NCBI GenBank assembly: GCA_964016885.1
Contig: OZ024745.1
Span: 60,140,001-60,204,000 of the forward strand
From: Eledone cirrhosa
Taxonomy: Eukaryota
Reading direction: 5' to 3'
Length of the DNA stretch: 64,000 nt
The position numbers and the translations under genes are program-made. The notes beneath the pieces are model-generated. The model did not search any database. It was not told the origin of the DNA and worked only from the letters and a program-made list of their open reading frames with translations. Positions 51,936-64,000 of this stretch are shown here, piece after piece; position 1 is the stretch's first letter, and each line of letters opens with the position of its first letter.

Positions 51936-54900
51936 GACTCTGAGTGAAAACCTCGACTTGGAGTGAAAACCTCGACTTGGAGTGAGAACCTCGACTTGGA
52001 GTGAGAACCTCGACTTGGAGTGAAAACCTCGACTTGGAGTGAGAACCTCGACTTGGAGTGAAAACCTCGACTTGGAGTGAAAACCTCGACTTGGAGTGAG
52101 AACCTCGACTTGGAGTGAAAACCTCGACTTGGAGTGAGAACCTCGACTTGGAGTGAAAACCTCGACTTGGAGTGAAAACCTCGACTTGGAGTGAGAACCT
52201 CGACTTGGAGTGAGAACCTCGACTTGGAGTGAGAACCTCGACTTGGAGTGAGAACCTCGACTTGGAGTGAGAACCTCGACTTGGAGTGAGAACCTCGACT
52301 TGGAGTGAGAACCTCGACTTGGAGTGAGAACCTCGACTTGGAGTGAGAACCTCGACTTGGAGTGAAAACCTCGACTTGGAGTGAGAACCTCGACTTGGAG
52401 TGAGAACCTCGACTTGGAGTGAGAACCTCGACTTGGAGTGAAAACTTCGACTTGGAGTGAGAACCTCGACTTGGAGTGAGAACCTCGACTTGGAGTGAGA
52501 ACCTCGACTTGGAGTGGAAACCTCGACTTGGAGTGAGAACCTCGACTTGGAGTGAGAACCTCGACTTGGAGTGAGAACCTCGACTTGGAGTGAGAACCTC
52601 GACTTGGAGTGAAAACCTCGACTTGGAGTGAGAACCTCGACTTGGAGTGAAAACCTCGACTTGGAGTGAGAACCTCGACTTGGAGTGAAAACCTCGACTT
52701 GGAGTGAGAACCTCGACTTGGAGTGAGAACCTCGACTTGGAGTGAGAACCTCGACTTGGAGTGAGAACCTCGACTTTGAGTGAAAACCTCGACTTGGAGA
52801 GAGAACCTCCCCTTGGAGTGAGAACCTCGACTTTGAATGAAAACCTCGACTTGGAGTGAGAACCTCGACTTTGAGTGAAAACCTCGACTTGGAGTGAGAA
52901 CCTCGACTTGGAGTGAGAACCTCGACTTGGAGTGAGAACCTCGACTTGGAGTGGAAACCTCGACTTGGAGTGAGAACCTCGACTTGGAGTGAAAACCTCG
53001 ACTTGGAGTGAGAACCTCGACTTGGAGTGAAAACCTCGACTTGGAGTGAAAACCTCGACTTGGAGTGAAAACCTCGACTTGGAGTGAGAACCTCGACTTG
53101 GAGTGAAAACCTCGACTTGGAGTGAGAACCTCGACTTGGAGTGAAAACCTCGACTTGGAGTGAGAACCTCGACTTGGAGTGAAAACCTCGACTTGGAGTG
53201 AGAACCTCGACTTGGAGTGAGAACCTCGACTTTGAGTGAAAACCTCGACTTGGAGAGAGAACCTCGACTTGGAGTGAGAACCTCGACTTTGAGTGAAAAC
53301 CTCGACTTGGAGTGAGAACCTCGACTTTGAGTGAAAACCTCGACTTCGAGTGAGAACCTCGACTTGGAGTGAAAACCTCGACTTGGAGTGAAAACCTCGA
53401 CTTGGAGTGAGAACCTCGACTTGGAGTGGAAACCTCGACTTGGAGTGAGAACCTCGACTTGCAGTGAAAACCTCGACTTGGAGTGAGAACCTCGACTTGG
53501 AGTGAGAACCTCGACTTGGAGTGAGAACCTCGACTTGGAGTGAGAACCTCGACTTGGAGTGAGAACCTCGACTTGGAGTGATAACCTCGACTTGGAGTGA
53601 GAACCTCGACTTGGAGTGAGAACCACGACTTGGAGTGAAAACCTCGACTTGGAGTGAAAACCTCGACTTGGAGTGAAAACCTCGACTTGGAGTGAAAACC
53701 TCGACTTGGAGTGAGAACCTCGACTTGGAGTGACAACCTCGACTTGGAGTGAAAACCTCGACTTGGAGTGAAAACCTCGACTTGGAGTGAAAACCTCGAC
53801 TTGGAGTGAGAACCTCGACTTGGAGTGAGAACCTCGACTTGGAGTGAGAACCTCGACTTGGAGTGAGAACCTCGACTTGGAGTGAGAACCTCGACTTGGA
53901 GTGAAAACCTCGACTTGGAGTGAGAACCTCGACTTGGAGTGAGAACCTCGACTTGGAGTGAGAACCTCGACGTGGAGTGAGAACCTCGACTTGGAGTGAG
54001 AACCTCGACTTGGAGTGAAAACCTCGACTTGGAGTGAGAACCTCGACTTGGAGTGAAAACCTCGACTTGGAGTGAGAACCTCGACTTGGAGTGAGAACCT
54101 CGACTTGGAGTGAAAACCTCGACTTGGAGTGAAAACCTCGACTTGGAGTGAAAACCTCGACTTGGAGTGAAAACCTCGACTAGGAGTGAGAACCTCGACT
54201 TGGAGTGAGAACCTCGACTTGGAGTGAGAACCTCGACTTGGAGTGAGAACCTCGACTTGGAGTGAGAACCTCGACTTGGAGTGAGAACCTCGACTTGCAG
54301 TGAAAACCTCGACTTGGAGTGAGAACCTCGACTTGCAGTGAAAACCTCGACTTGGAGTGAGAACCTCGACTTGCAGTGAAAACCTCGACTTGGAGTGAGA
54401 ACCTCGACTTGGAGTGAAAACCTCGACTTGCAGTGAAAACCTCGACTTGGAGTGAGAACCTCGACTTGGAGTGAAAACCTCGACTTGGAGTGAAAACCTC
54501 GACTTGGAATGAAGACCTCGACTTGGAGTGAGAACCTCGACTTGGAGTGAGAACCTCGACTTGGAGTGAGAACCTCGACTTGGAGTGAGAACCTCGACTT
54601 GGAGTGAGAACCTCGACTTGGAGTGTAAACTGCGACTCTGAGTGAAAACCTCGACGTGGAGTGAGAACCTCGACTTGGAGTGAAAACCTCGACTTGGAGT
54701 GAGAACCTCGACTTGGAGTGAGAACCTCGACTTGGAGTGAAAACCTCGACTTGGAGTGAAAACCTCGACTTGGAGTGAAAACCTCGACTTGGAGTGAGAA
54801 CCTCGACTTGGAGTGAAAACCTCGACTTGGAGTGAAAACCTCGACTTGGAGTGAGAACCTCGACTTGGAGTGAGAACCTCGACTTGGAGTGAGAACCTCG

Positions 54901-55393
54901 ACTTGGAGTGTAAACTGCGACTCTGAGTGAAAACCTCGACTTGGAGTGAGAACCTCGACTTGGAGTGAAAACCTCGACTTGGAGTGAGAACCTCGACTTG
55001 GAGTCAGAACCTCGACTTGGAGTCAGAACCTCGACTTGGAGTCAGAACCTCGACTTGGAGTCAGAACCTCGACTTGGAGTCAGAACCTCGACTTGGAGTG
55101 AAAACCTCGACTTGGAGTGAAAACCTCGACTTGGAGTGAGAACCTCGACTTGGAGTCAGAACCTCGACTTGGAGTGAAAACCTCGACTTGGAGTGAAAAC
55201 CTCGACTTGGAGTGAGAACCTCGACTTGGAGTGAGAACCTCGACTTGGAGTGAAAACCTCGACTTGGAGTGAGAACCTCTACTTGGAGTGAAAACCTCGA
55301 CTTGGAGTGTAAACTGCGACTTGGAGTGAGAACCTCGACTTGGAGTGAAAACCTCGACTTGGAGTGTAAACTGCGACTTGGAGTGTAAACTGC

Positions 55394-55792
55394 GACTTGG
55401 AGTGTAATGTACAACTTGGAGCATAATGTACAACTTGGAGCATAATGTACGACTTGGAGCATAATGTACGACTTAGAGTGTAATGTAGGACTTAGAGTGT
55501 AATGTAGGACTTAGAGTGTAATGTAGGACTTAGAGTGTAATGTAGGACTTAGAGTGTAATGTAGGACTAGGAGCATAATGTAGGACTAGGAGCATAATGT
55601 ACGACTTGGAGTGTAATGTAGGACTTGGAGTGTAATGTAGGACTTGGAGTGTAAACTGCGAGTTGAAATATAAATTGCGACTTGGATTGTAAACCTTGAC
55701 TTGCAGTGTATTGAACAACTTGGGGTGTATACTGCGGCTTGGAGTGTAAACTGCGGCTCCGAATATAAACTACGACTTGCAGTGTCATATAT
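55394..55792. repeat. Diverged-monomer cassette 21
   Basis: Marker ORF at 55530..55718. Confidence 0.95.
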
Positions 55793-56742
55793 GACTCTGA
55801 GTGAAAACCTCGACTTGGAGTGAGAACCTCGACTTGGAGTGAAAACCTCGACTTGGAGTGAAAACCTCGACTTGGAATGAAGACCTCGACTTGGAGTGAG
55901 AACCTCGACTTGGAGTGAGAACCTCGACTTGGAGTGAGAACCTCGACTTGGAGTGAGAACCTCGACTTGGAGTGAGAACCTCGACTTGGAGTGTAAACTG
56001 CGACTCTGAGTGAAAACCTCGACGTGGAGTGAGAACCTCGACTTGGAGTGAAAACCTCGACTTGGAGTGAGAACCTCGACTTGGAGTGAGAACCTCGACT
56101 TGGAGTGAAAACCTCGACTTGGAGTGAAAACCTCGACTTGGAGTGAAAACCTCGACTTGGAGTGAAAACCTCGACTTGGAGTGAAAACCTCGACTTGGAG
56201 TGAGAACCTCGACTTGGAGTGAGAACCTCGACTTGGAGTGAGAACCTCGACTTGGAGTGTAAACTGCGACTCTGAGTGAAAACCTCGACTTGGAGTGAGA
56301 ACCTCGACTTGGAGTGAAAACCTCGACTTGGAGTGAGAACCTCGACTTGGAGTCAGAACCTCGACTTGGAGTCAGAACCTCGACTTGGAGTCAGAACCTC
56401 GACTTGGAGTCAGAACCTCGACTTGGAGTCAGAACCTCGACTTGGAGTGAAAACCTCGACTTGGAGTGAAAACCTCGACTTGGAGTGAGAACCTCGACTT
56501 GGAGTCAGAACCTCGACTTGGAGTGAAAACCTCGACTTGGAGTGAAAACCTCGACTTGGAGTGAGAACCTCGACTTGGAGTGAGAACCTCGACTTGGAGT
56601 GAAAACCTCGACTTGGAGTGAGAACCTCTACTTGGAGTGAAAACCTCGACTTGGAGTGTAAACTGCGACTTGGAGTGAGAACCTCGACTTGGAGTGAAAA
56701 CCTCGACTTGGAGTGTAAACTGCGACTTGGAGTGTAAACTGC

Positions 56743-57141
56743 GACTTGGAGTGTAATGTACAACTTGGAGCATAATGTACAACTTGGAGCATAATGTACG
56801 ACTTGGAGCATAATGTACGACTTAGAGTGTAATGTAGGACTTAGAGTGTAATGTAGGACTTAGAGTGTAATGTAGGACTTAGAGTGTAATGTAGGACTTA
56901 GAGTGTAATGTAGGACTAGGAGCATAATGTAGGACTAGGAGCATAATGTACGACTTGGAGTGTAATGTAGGACTTGGAGTGTAATGTAGGACTTGGAGTG
57001 TAAACTGCGAGTTGAAATATAAATTGCGACTTGGATTGTAAACCTTGACTTGCAGTGTATTGAACAACTTGGGGTGTATACTGCGGCTTGGAGTGTAAAC
57101 TGCGGCTCCGAATATAAACTACGACTTGCAGTGTCATATAT
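56743..57141. repeat. Diverged-monomer cassette 22
   Basis: Marker ORF at 56879..57067. Confidence 0.95.
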
Positions 57142-58509
57142 GACTCTGAGTGAAAACCTCGACTTGGAGTGAAAACCTCGACTTGGAGTGAGAACCTCGA
57201 CTTGGAGTGAGAACCTCGACTTGGAGTGAAAACCTCGACTTGGAGTGAGAACCTCGACTTGGAGTGAAAACCTCGACTTGGAGTGAAAACCTCGACTTGG
57301 AGTGAGAACCTCGACTTGGAGTGAAAATCTCGACTTGGAGTGAGAACCTCGACTTGGAGTGAAAACCTCGACTTGGAGTGAAAACCTCGACTTGGAGTGA
57401 GAACCTCGACTTGGAGTGAGAACCTCGATTTGGAGTGAAAACCTCGACTTGGAGTGAGAACCTCGACTTGCAGTGAAAACCTCGACTTGGAGTGAGAACC
57501 TCGACTTGCAGTGAAAACCTCGACTTGGAGTGAGAACCTCGACTTGGAGTGAAAACCTCGACTTGCAGTGAAAACCTCGACTTGGAGTGAGAACCTCGAC
57601 TTGGAGTGAAAACCTCGACTTGGAGTGAAAACCTCGACTTGGAATGAAGACCTCGACTTGGAGTGAGAACCTCGACTTGGAGTGAGAACCTCGACTTGGA
57701 GTGAGAACCTCGACTTGGAGTGAGAACCTCGACTTGGAGTGTAAACTGCGACTCTGAGTGAAAACCTCGACGTGGAGTGAGAACCTCGACTTGGAGTGAA
57801 AACCTCGACTTGGAGTGAGAACCTCGACTTGGAGTGAGAACCTCGACTTGGAGTGAAAACCTCGACTTGGAGTGAAAACCTCGACTTGGAGTGAAAACCT
57901 CGACTTGGAGTGAGAACCTCGACTTGGAGTGAAAACCTCGACTTGGAGTGAAAACCTCGACTTGGAGTGAGAACCTCGACTTGGAGTGAGAACCTCGACT
58001 TGGAGTGAGAACCTCGACTTGGAGTGTAAACTGCGACTCTGAGTGAAAACCTCGACTTGGAGTGAGAACCTCGACTTGGAGTGAAAACCTCGACTTGGAG
58101 TGAGAACCTCGACTTGGAGTCAGAACCTCGACTTGGAGTCAGAACCTCGACTTGGAGTCAGAACCTCGACTTGGAGTCAGAACCTCGACTTGGAGTCAGA
58201 ACCTCGACTTGGAGTGAAAACCTCGACTTGGAGTGAAAACCTCGACTTGGAGTGAGAACCTCGACTTGGAGTCAGAACCTCGACTTGGAGTGAAAACCTC
58301 GACTTGGAGTGAAAACCTCGACTTGGAGTGAGAACCTCGACTTGGAGTGAGAACCTCGACTTGGAGTGAAAACCTCGACTTGGAGTGAGAACCTCTACTT
58401 GGAGTGAAAACCTCGACTTGGAGTGTAAACTGCGACTTGGAGTGAGAACCTCGACTTGGAGTGAAAACCTCGACTTGGAGTGTAAACTGCGACTTGGAGT
58501 GTAAACTGC

Positions 58510-58908
58510 GACTTGGAGTGTAATGTACAACTTGGAGCATAATGTACAACTTGGAGCATAATGTACGACTTGGAGCATAATGTACGACTTAGAGTGTAAT
58601 GTAGGACTTAGAGTGTAATGTAGGACTTAGAGTGTAATGTAGGACTTAGAGTGTAATGTAGGACTTAGAGTGTAATGTAGGACTAGGAGCATAATGTAGG
58701 ACTAGGAGCATAATGTACGACTTGGAGTGTAATGTAGGACTTGGAGTGTAATGTAGGACTTGGAGTGTAAACTGCGAGTTGAAATATAAATTGCGACTTG
58801 GATTGTAAACCTTGACTTGCAGTGTATTGAACAACTTGGGGTGTATACTGCGGCTTGGAGTGTAAACTGCGGCTCCGAATATAAACTACGACTTGCAGTG
58901 TCATATAT
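58510..58908. repeat. Diverged-monomer cassette 23
   Basis: Marker ORF at 58646..58834. Confidence 0.95.
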
Positions 58909-59478
58909 GACTCTGAGTGAAAACCTCGACTTGGAGTGAAAACCTCGACTTGGAGTGAGAACCTCGACTTGGAGTGAGAACCTCGACTTGGAGTGAAAAC
59001 CTCGACTTGGAGTGAGAACCTCGACTTGGAGTGAAAACCTCGACTTGGAGTGAAAACCTCGACTTGGAGTGTAAACTGCGACTCTGAGTGAAAACCTCGA
59101 CTTGGAGTGAGAACCTCGACTTGGAGTGAAAACCTCGACTTGGAGTGAGAACCTCGACTTGGAGTCAGAACCTCGACTTGGAGTCAGAACCTCAACTTGG
59201 AGTCAGAACCTTGACTTGGAGTCAGAACCTCGACTTGGAGTCAGAACCTCGACTTGGAGTGAAAACCTCGACTTGGAGTGAAAACCTCGACTTGGAGTGA
59301 GAACCTCGACTTGGAGTGAGAACCTCGACTTGGAGTGAAAACCTCGACTTGGAGTGAGAACCTCTACTTGGAGTGAAAACCTCGACTTGGAGTGTAAACT
59401 GCGACTTGGAGTGAGAACCTCGACTTGGAGTGAAAACCTCGACTTGGAGTGTAAACTGCGACTTGGAGTGTAAACTGC

Positions 59479-59877
59479 GACTTGGAGTGTAATGTACAAC
59501 TTGGAGCATAATGTACAACTTGGAGCATAATGTACGACTTGGAGCATAATGTACGACTTAGAGTGTAATGTAGGACTTAGAGTGTAATGTAGGACTTAGA
59601 GTGTAATGTAGGACTTAGAGTGTAATGTAGGACTTAGAGTGTAATGTAGGACTAGGAGCATAATGTAGGACTAGGAGCATAATGTACGACTTGGAGTGTA
59701 ATGTAGGACTTGGAGTGTAATGTAGGACTTGGAGTGTAAACTGCGAGTTGAAATATAAATTGCGACTTGGATTGTAAACCTTGACTTGCAGTGTATTGAA
59801 CAACTTGGGGTGTATACTGCGGCTTGGAGTGTAAACTGCGGCTCCGAATATAAACTACGACTTGCAGTGTCATATAT
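59479..59877. repeat. Diverged-monomer cassette 24
   Basis: Marker ORF at 59615..59803. Confidence 0.95.
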
Positions 59878-62800
59878 GACTCTGAGTGAAAACCTCGACT
59901 TGGAGTGAAAACCTCGACTTGGAGTGAGAACCTCGACTTGGAGTGAAAACCTCGACTTGGAGTGAAAACCTCGACTTGGAGTGAGAACCTCGACTTGGAG
60001 TGAAAACCTCGACTTGGAGTGAAAACCTCGACTTGGAGTGAGAACCTCGACTTGGAGTGAAAACCTCGACTTGGAGTGAGAACCTCGACTTGGAGTGAAA
60101 ACCTCGACTTGGAGTGAAAACCTCGACTTGGAGTGAGAACCTCGACTTGGAGTGAGAACCTCGACTTGGAGTGAGAACCTCGACTTGGAGTGAGAACCTC
60201 GACTTGGAGTGAGAACCTCGACTTGGAGTGAGAACCTCGACTTGGAGTGAGAACCTCGACTTGGAGTGAGAACCTCGACTTGGAGTGAAAACCTCGACTT
60301 GGAGTGAGAACCTCGACTTGGAGTGAGAACCTCGACTTGGAGTGAGAACCTCGACTTGGAGTGAAAACTTCGACTTGGAGTGAGAACCTCGACTTGGAGT
60401 GAGAACCTCGACTTGGAGTGAGAACCTCGACTTGGAGTGGAAACCTCGACTTGGAGTGAGAACCTCGACTTGGAGTGAGAACCTCGACTTGGAGTGAGAA
60501 CCTCGACTTGGAGTGAGAACCTCGACTTGGAGTGAAAACCTCGACTTGGAGTGAGAACCTCGACTTGGAGTGAAAACCTCGACTTGGAGTGAGAACCTCG
60601 ACTTGGAGTGAAAACCTCGACTTGGAGTGAGAACCTCGACTTGGAGTGAGAACCTCGACTTGGAGTGAGAACCTCGACTTGGAGTGAGAACCTCGACTTT
60701 GAGTGAAAACCTCGACTTGGAGAGAGAACCTCCCCTTGGAGTGAGAACCTCGACTTTGAATGAAAACCTCGACTTGGAGTGAGAACCTCGACTTTGAGTG
60801 AAAACCTCGACTTGGAGTGAGAACCTCGACTTGGAGTGAGAACCTCGACTTGGAGTGAGAACCTCGACTTGGAGTGGAAACCTCGACTTGGAGTGAGAAC
60901 CTCGACTTGGAGTGAAAACCTCGACTTGGAGTGAGAACCTCGACTTGGAGTGAAAACCTCGACTTGGAGTGAAAACCTCGACTTGGAGTGAAAACCTCGA
61001 CTTGGAGTGAGAACCTCGACTTGGAGTGAAAACCTCGACTTGGAGTGAGAACCTCGACTTGGAGTGAAAACCTCGACTTGGAGTGAGAACCTCGACTTGG
61101 AGTGAAAACCTCGACTTGGAGTGAGAACCTCGACTTGGAGTGAGAACCTCGACTTTGAGTGAAAACCTCGACTTGGAGAGAGAACCTCGACTTGGAGTGA
61201 GAACCTCGACTTTGAGTGAAAACCTCGACTTGGAGTGAGAACCTCGACTTTGAGTGAAAACCTCGACTTGGAGTGAGAACCTCGACTTGGAGTGAAAACC
61301 TCGACTTGGAGTGAAAACCTCGACTTGGAGTGAGAACCTCGACTTGGAGTGGAAACCTCGACTTGGAGTGAGAACCTCGACTTGGAGTGAAAACCTCGAC
61401 TTGGAGTGAGAACCTCGACTTGGAGTGAGAACCTCGACTTGGAGTGAGAACCTCGACTTGGAGTGAGAACCTCGACTTGGAGTGAGAACCTCGACTTGGA
61501 GTGATAACCTCGACTTGGAGTGAGAACCTCGACTTGGAGTGAGAACCACGACTTGGAGTGAAAACCTCGACTTGGAGTGAAAACCTCGACTTGGAGTGAA
61601 AACCTCGACTTGGAGTGAAAACCTCGACTTGGAGTGAGAACCTCGACTTGGAGTGACAACCTCGACTTGGAGTGAAAACCTCGACTTGGAGTGAAAACCT
61701 CGACTTGGAGTGAAAACCTCGACTTGGAGTGAGAACCTCGACTTGGAGTGAGAACCTCGACTTGGAGTGAGAACCTCGACTTGGAGTGAGAACCTCGACT
61801 TGGAGTGAGAACCTCGACTTGGAGTGAAAACCTCGACTTGGAGTGAGAACCTCGACTTGGAGTGAGAACCTCGACTTGGAGTGAGAACCTCGACGTGGAG
61901 TGAGAACCTCGACTTGGAGTGAGAACCTCGACTTGGAGTGAAAACCTCGACTTGGAGTGAGAACCTCGAATTGGAGTGAAAACCTCGACTTGGAGTGAGA
62001 ACCTCGACTTGGAGTGAGAACCTCGACTTGGAGTGAAAACCTCGACTTGGAGTGAAAACCTCGACTTGGAGTGAAAACCTCGACTTGGAGTGAAAACCTC
62101 GACTAGGAGTGAGAACCTCGACTTGGAGTGAGAACCTCGACTTGGAGTGAGAACCTCGACTTGGAGTGAGAACCTCGACTTGGAGTGAGAACCTCGACTT
62201 GGAGTGAGAACCTCGACTTGCAGTGAAAACCTCGACTTGGAGTGAGAACCTCGACTTGCAGTGAAAACCTCGACTTGGAGTGAGAACCTCGACTTGCAGT
62301 GAAAACCTCGACTTGGAGTGAGAACCTCGACTTGGAGTGAAAACCTCGACTTGCAGTGAAAACCTCGACTTGCAGTGAGAACCTCGACTTGGAGTGAAAA
62401 CCTCGACTTGGAGTGAAAACCTCGACTTGGAATGAAGACCTCGACTTGGAGTGAGAACCTCGACTTGGAGTGAGAACCTCGACTTGGAGTGAGAACCTCG
62501 ACTTGGAGTGAGAACCTCGACTTGGAGTGAGAACCTCGACTTGGAGTGTAAACTGCGACTCTGAGTGAAAACCTCGACGTGGAGTGAGAACCTCGACTTG
62601 GAGTGAAAACCTCGACTTGGAGTGAGAACCTCGACTTGGAGTGAGAACCTCGACTTGGAGTGAAAACCTCGACTTGGAGTGAAAACCTCGACTTGGAGTG
62701 AAAACCTCGACTTGGAGTGAGAACCTCGACTTGGAGTGAAAACCTCGACTTGGAGTGAAAACCTCGACTTGGAGTGAGAACCTCGACTTGGAGTGAGAAC

Positions 62801-63316
62801 CTCGACTTGGAGTGAGAACCTCGACTTGGAGTGTAAACTGCGACTCTGAGTGAAAACCTCGACTTGGAGTGAGAACCTCGACTTGGAGTGAAAACCTCGA
62901 CTTGGAGTGAGAACCTCGACTTGGAGTCAGAACCTCGACTTGGAGTCAGAACCTCGACTTGGAGTCAGAACCTCGACTTGGAGTCAGAACCTCGACTTGG
63001 AGTCAGAACCTCGACTTGGAGTGAAAACCTCGACTTGGAGTGAAAACCTCGACTTGGAGTGAGAACCTCGACTTGGAGTCAGAACCTCGACTTGGAGTGA
63101 AAACCTCGACTTGGAGTGAAAACCTCGACTTGGAGTGAGAACCTCGACTTGGAGTGAGAACCTCGACTTGGAGTGAAAACCTCGACTTGGAGTGAGAACC
63201 TCTACTTGGAGTGAAAACCTCGACTTGGAGTGTAAACTGCGACTTGGAGTGAGAACCTCGACTTGGAGTGAAAACCTCGACTTGGAGTGTAAACTGCGAC
63301 TTGGAGTGTAAACTGC

Positions 63317-63715
63317 GACTTGGAGTGTAATGTACAACTTGGAGCATAATGTACAACTTGGAGCATAATGTACGACTTGGAGCATAATGTACGACTTAGA
63401 GTGTAATGTAGGACTTAGAGTGTAATGTAGGACTTAGAGTGTAATGTAGGACTTAGAGTGTAATGTAGGACTTAGAGTGTAATGTAGGACTAGGAGCATA
63501 ATGTAGGACTAGGAGCATAATGTACGACTTGGAGTGTAATGTAGGACTTGGAGTGTAATGTAGGACTTGGAGTGTAAACTGCGAGTTGAAATATAAATTG
63601 CGACTTGGATTGTAAACCTTGACTTGCAGTGTATTGAACAACTTGGGGTGTATACTGCGGCTTGGAGTGTAAACTGCGGCTCCGAATATAAACTACGACT
63701 TGCAGTGTCATATAT
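63317..63715. repeat. Diverged-monomer cassette 25
   Basis: Marker ORF at 63453..63641. Confidence 0.95.
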
Positions 63716-64000
63716 GACTCTGAGTGAAAACCTCGACTTGGAGTGAAAACCTCGACTTGGAGTGAGAACCTCGACTTGGAGTGAGAACCTCGACTTGGAG
63801 TGAAAACCTCGACTTGGAGTGAGAACCTCGACTTGGAGTGAAAACCTCGACTTGGAGTGAAAACCTCGACTTGGAGTGAGAACCTCGACTTGGAGTGAAA
63901 ATCTCGACTTGGAGTGAGAACCTCGACTTGGAGTGAAAACCTCGACTTGGAGTGAAAACCTCGACTTGGAGTGAGAACCTCGACTTGGAGTGAGAACCTC

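Larger units (their letters stand above)
1..64000. repeat. Tandem satellite array of a 19-bp monomer GACTTGGAGTGA[G/A]AACCTC (~3,370 copies) with higher-order structure; continues beyond both window ends
   Basis: The monomer is directly visible throughout, with the first full copy at 9-27. It translates to a 19-aa periodic peptide in all minus-strand frames. 22 of 24 spacings between marker cassettes are exact multiples of 19. Confidence 0.99.

Noticed and set aside
1348-63711. All listed minus-strand ORFs (60-1443 aa) as protein-coding genes
   Set aside because: They are translations of the satellite. The unit length is not a multiple of 3, overlapping frames give the same peptide, there are no non-repetitive domains, and stop-creating variants are freely amplified.
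1-64000. CRISPR array or other repeat-spacer system
   Set aside because: Monomers abut directly with no unique spacers, and there is no leader or cas gene in the window.
1-64000. Pure sequencing or amplification concatemer artefact
   Set aside because: Variants are reproduced in ordered haplotypes across distant units and indels are nearly absent, which fits genuine evolved satellite. Local mis-ordering by the assembler remains possible.
1-64000. Inversions or strand switches in the array
   Set aside because: No reverse-complement monomer (GAGGTTCTCACTCCAAGTC) was seen on the plus strand.

Overview
The whole 64 kb window is one uninterrupted, single-orientation tandem array (satellite DNA) of a 19-bp monomer, consensus GACTTGGAGTGA[G/A]AACCTC, about 3,370 copies. 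I see no credible genes, RNA genes, CRISPR arrays, transposons or unique sequence. The long minus-strand ORFs arise because that strand of the monomer has no stop codon. The array is hierarchical. Twenty-five near-identical copies of a ~21-monomer (399 bp) cassette of diverged monomers of the same 19-bp family punctuate homogeneous tracts, defining higher-order units of 51-235 monomers. These units fall into recognisable families, recombinants and multi-kb duplications. The 19-bp register is kept almost perfectly: I found only two 1-bp indels (about 28179 and 39536), and they cancel. The organisation resembles eukaryotic centromeric, pericentromeric or subtelomeric satellite, but organism and function cannot be determined from the sequence. 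All comparisons were made by eye plus arithmetic on ORF-track coordinates, not by alignment.
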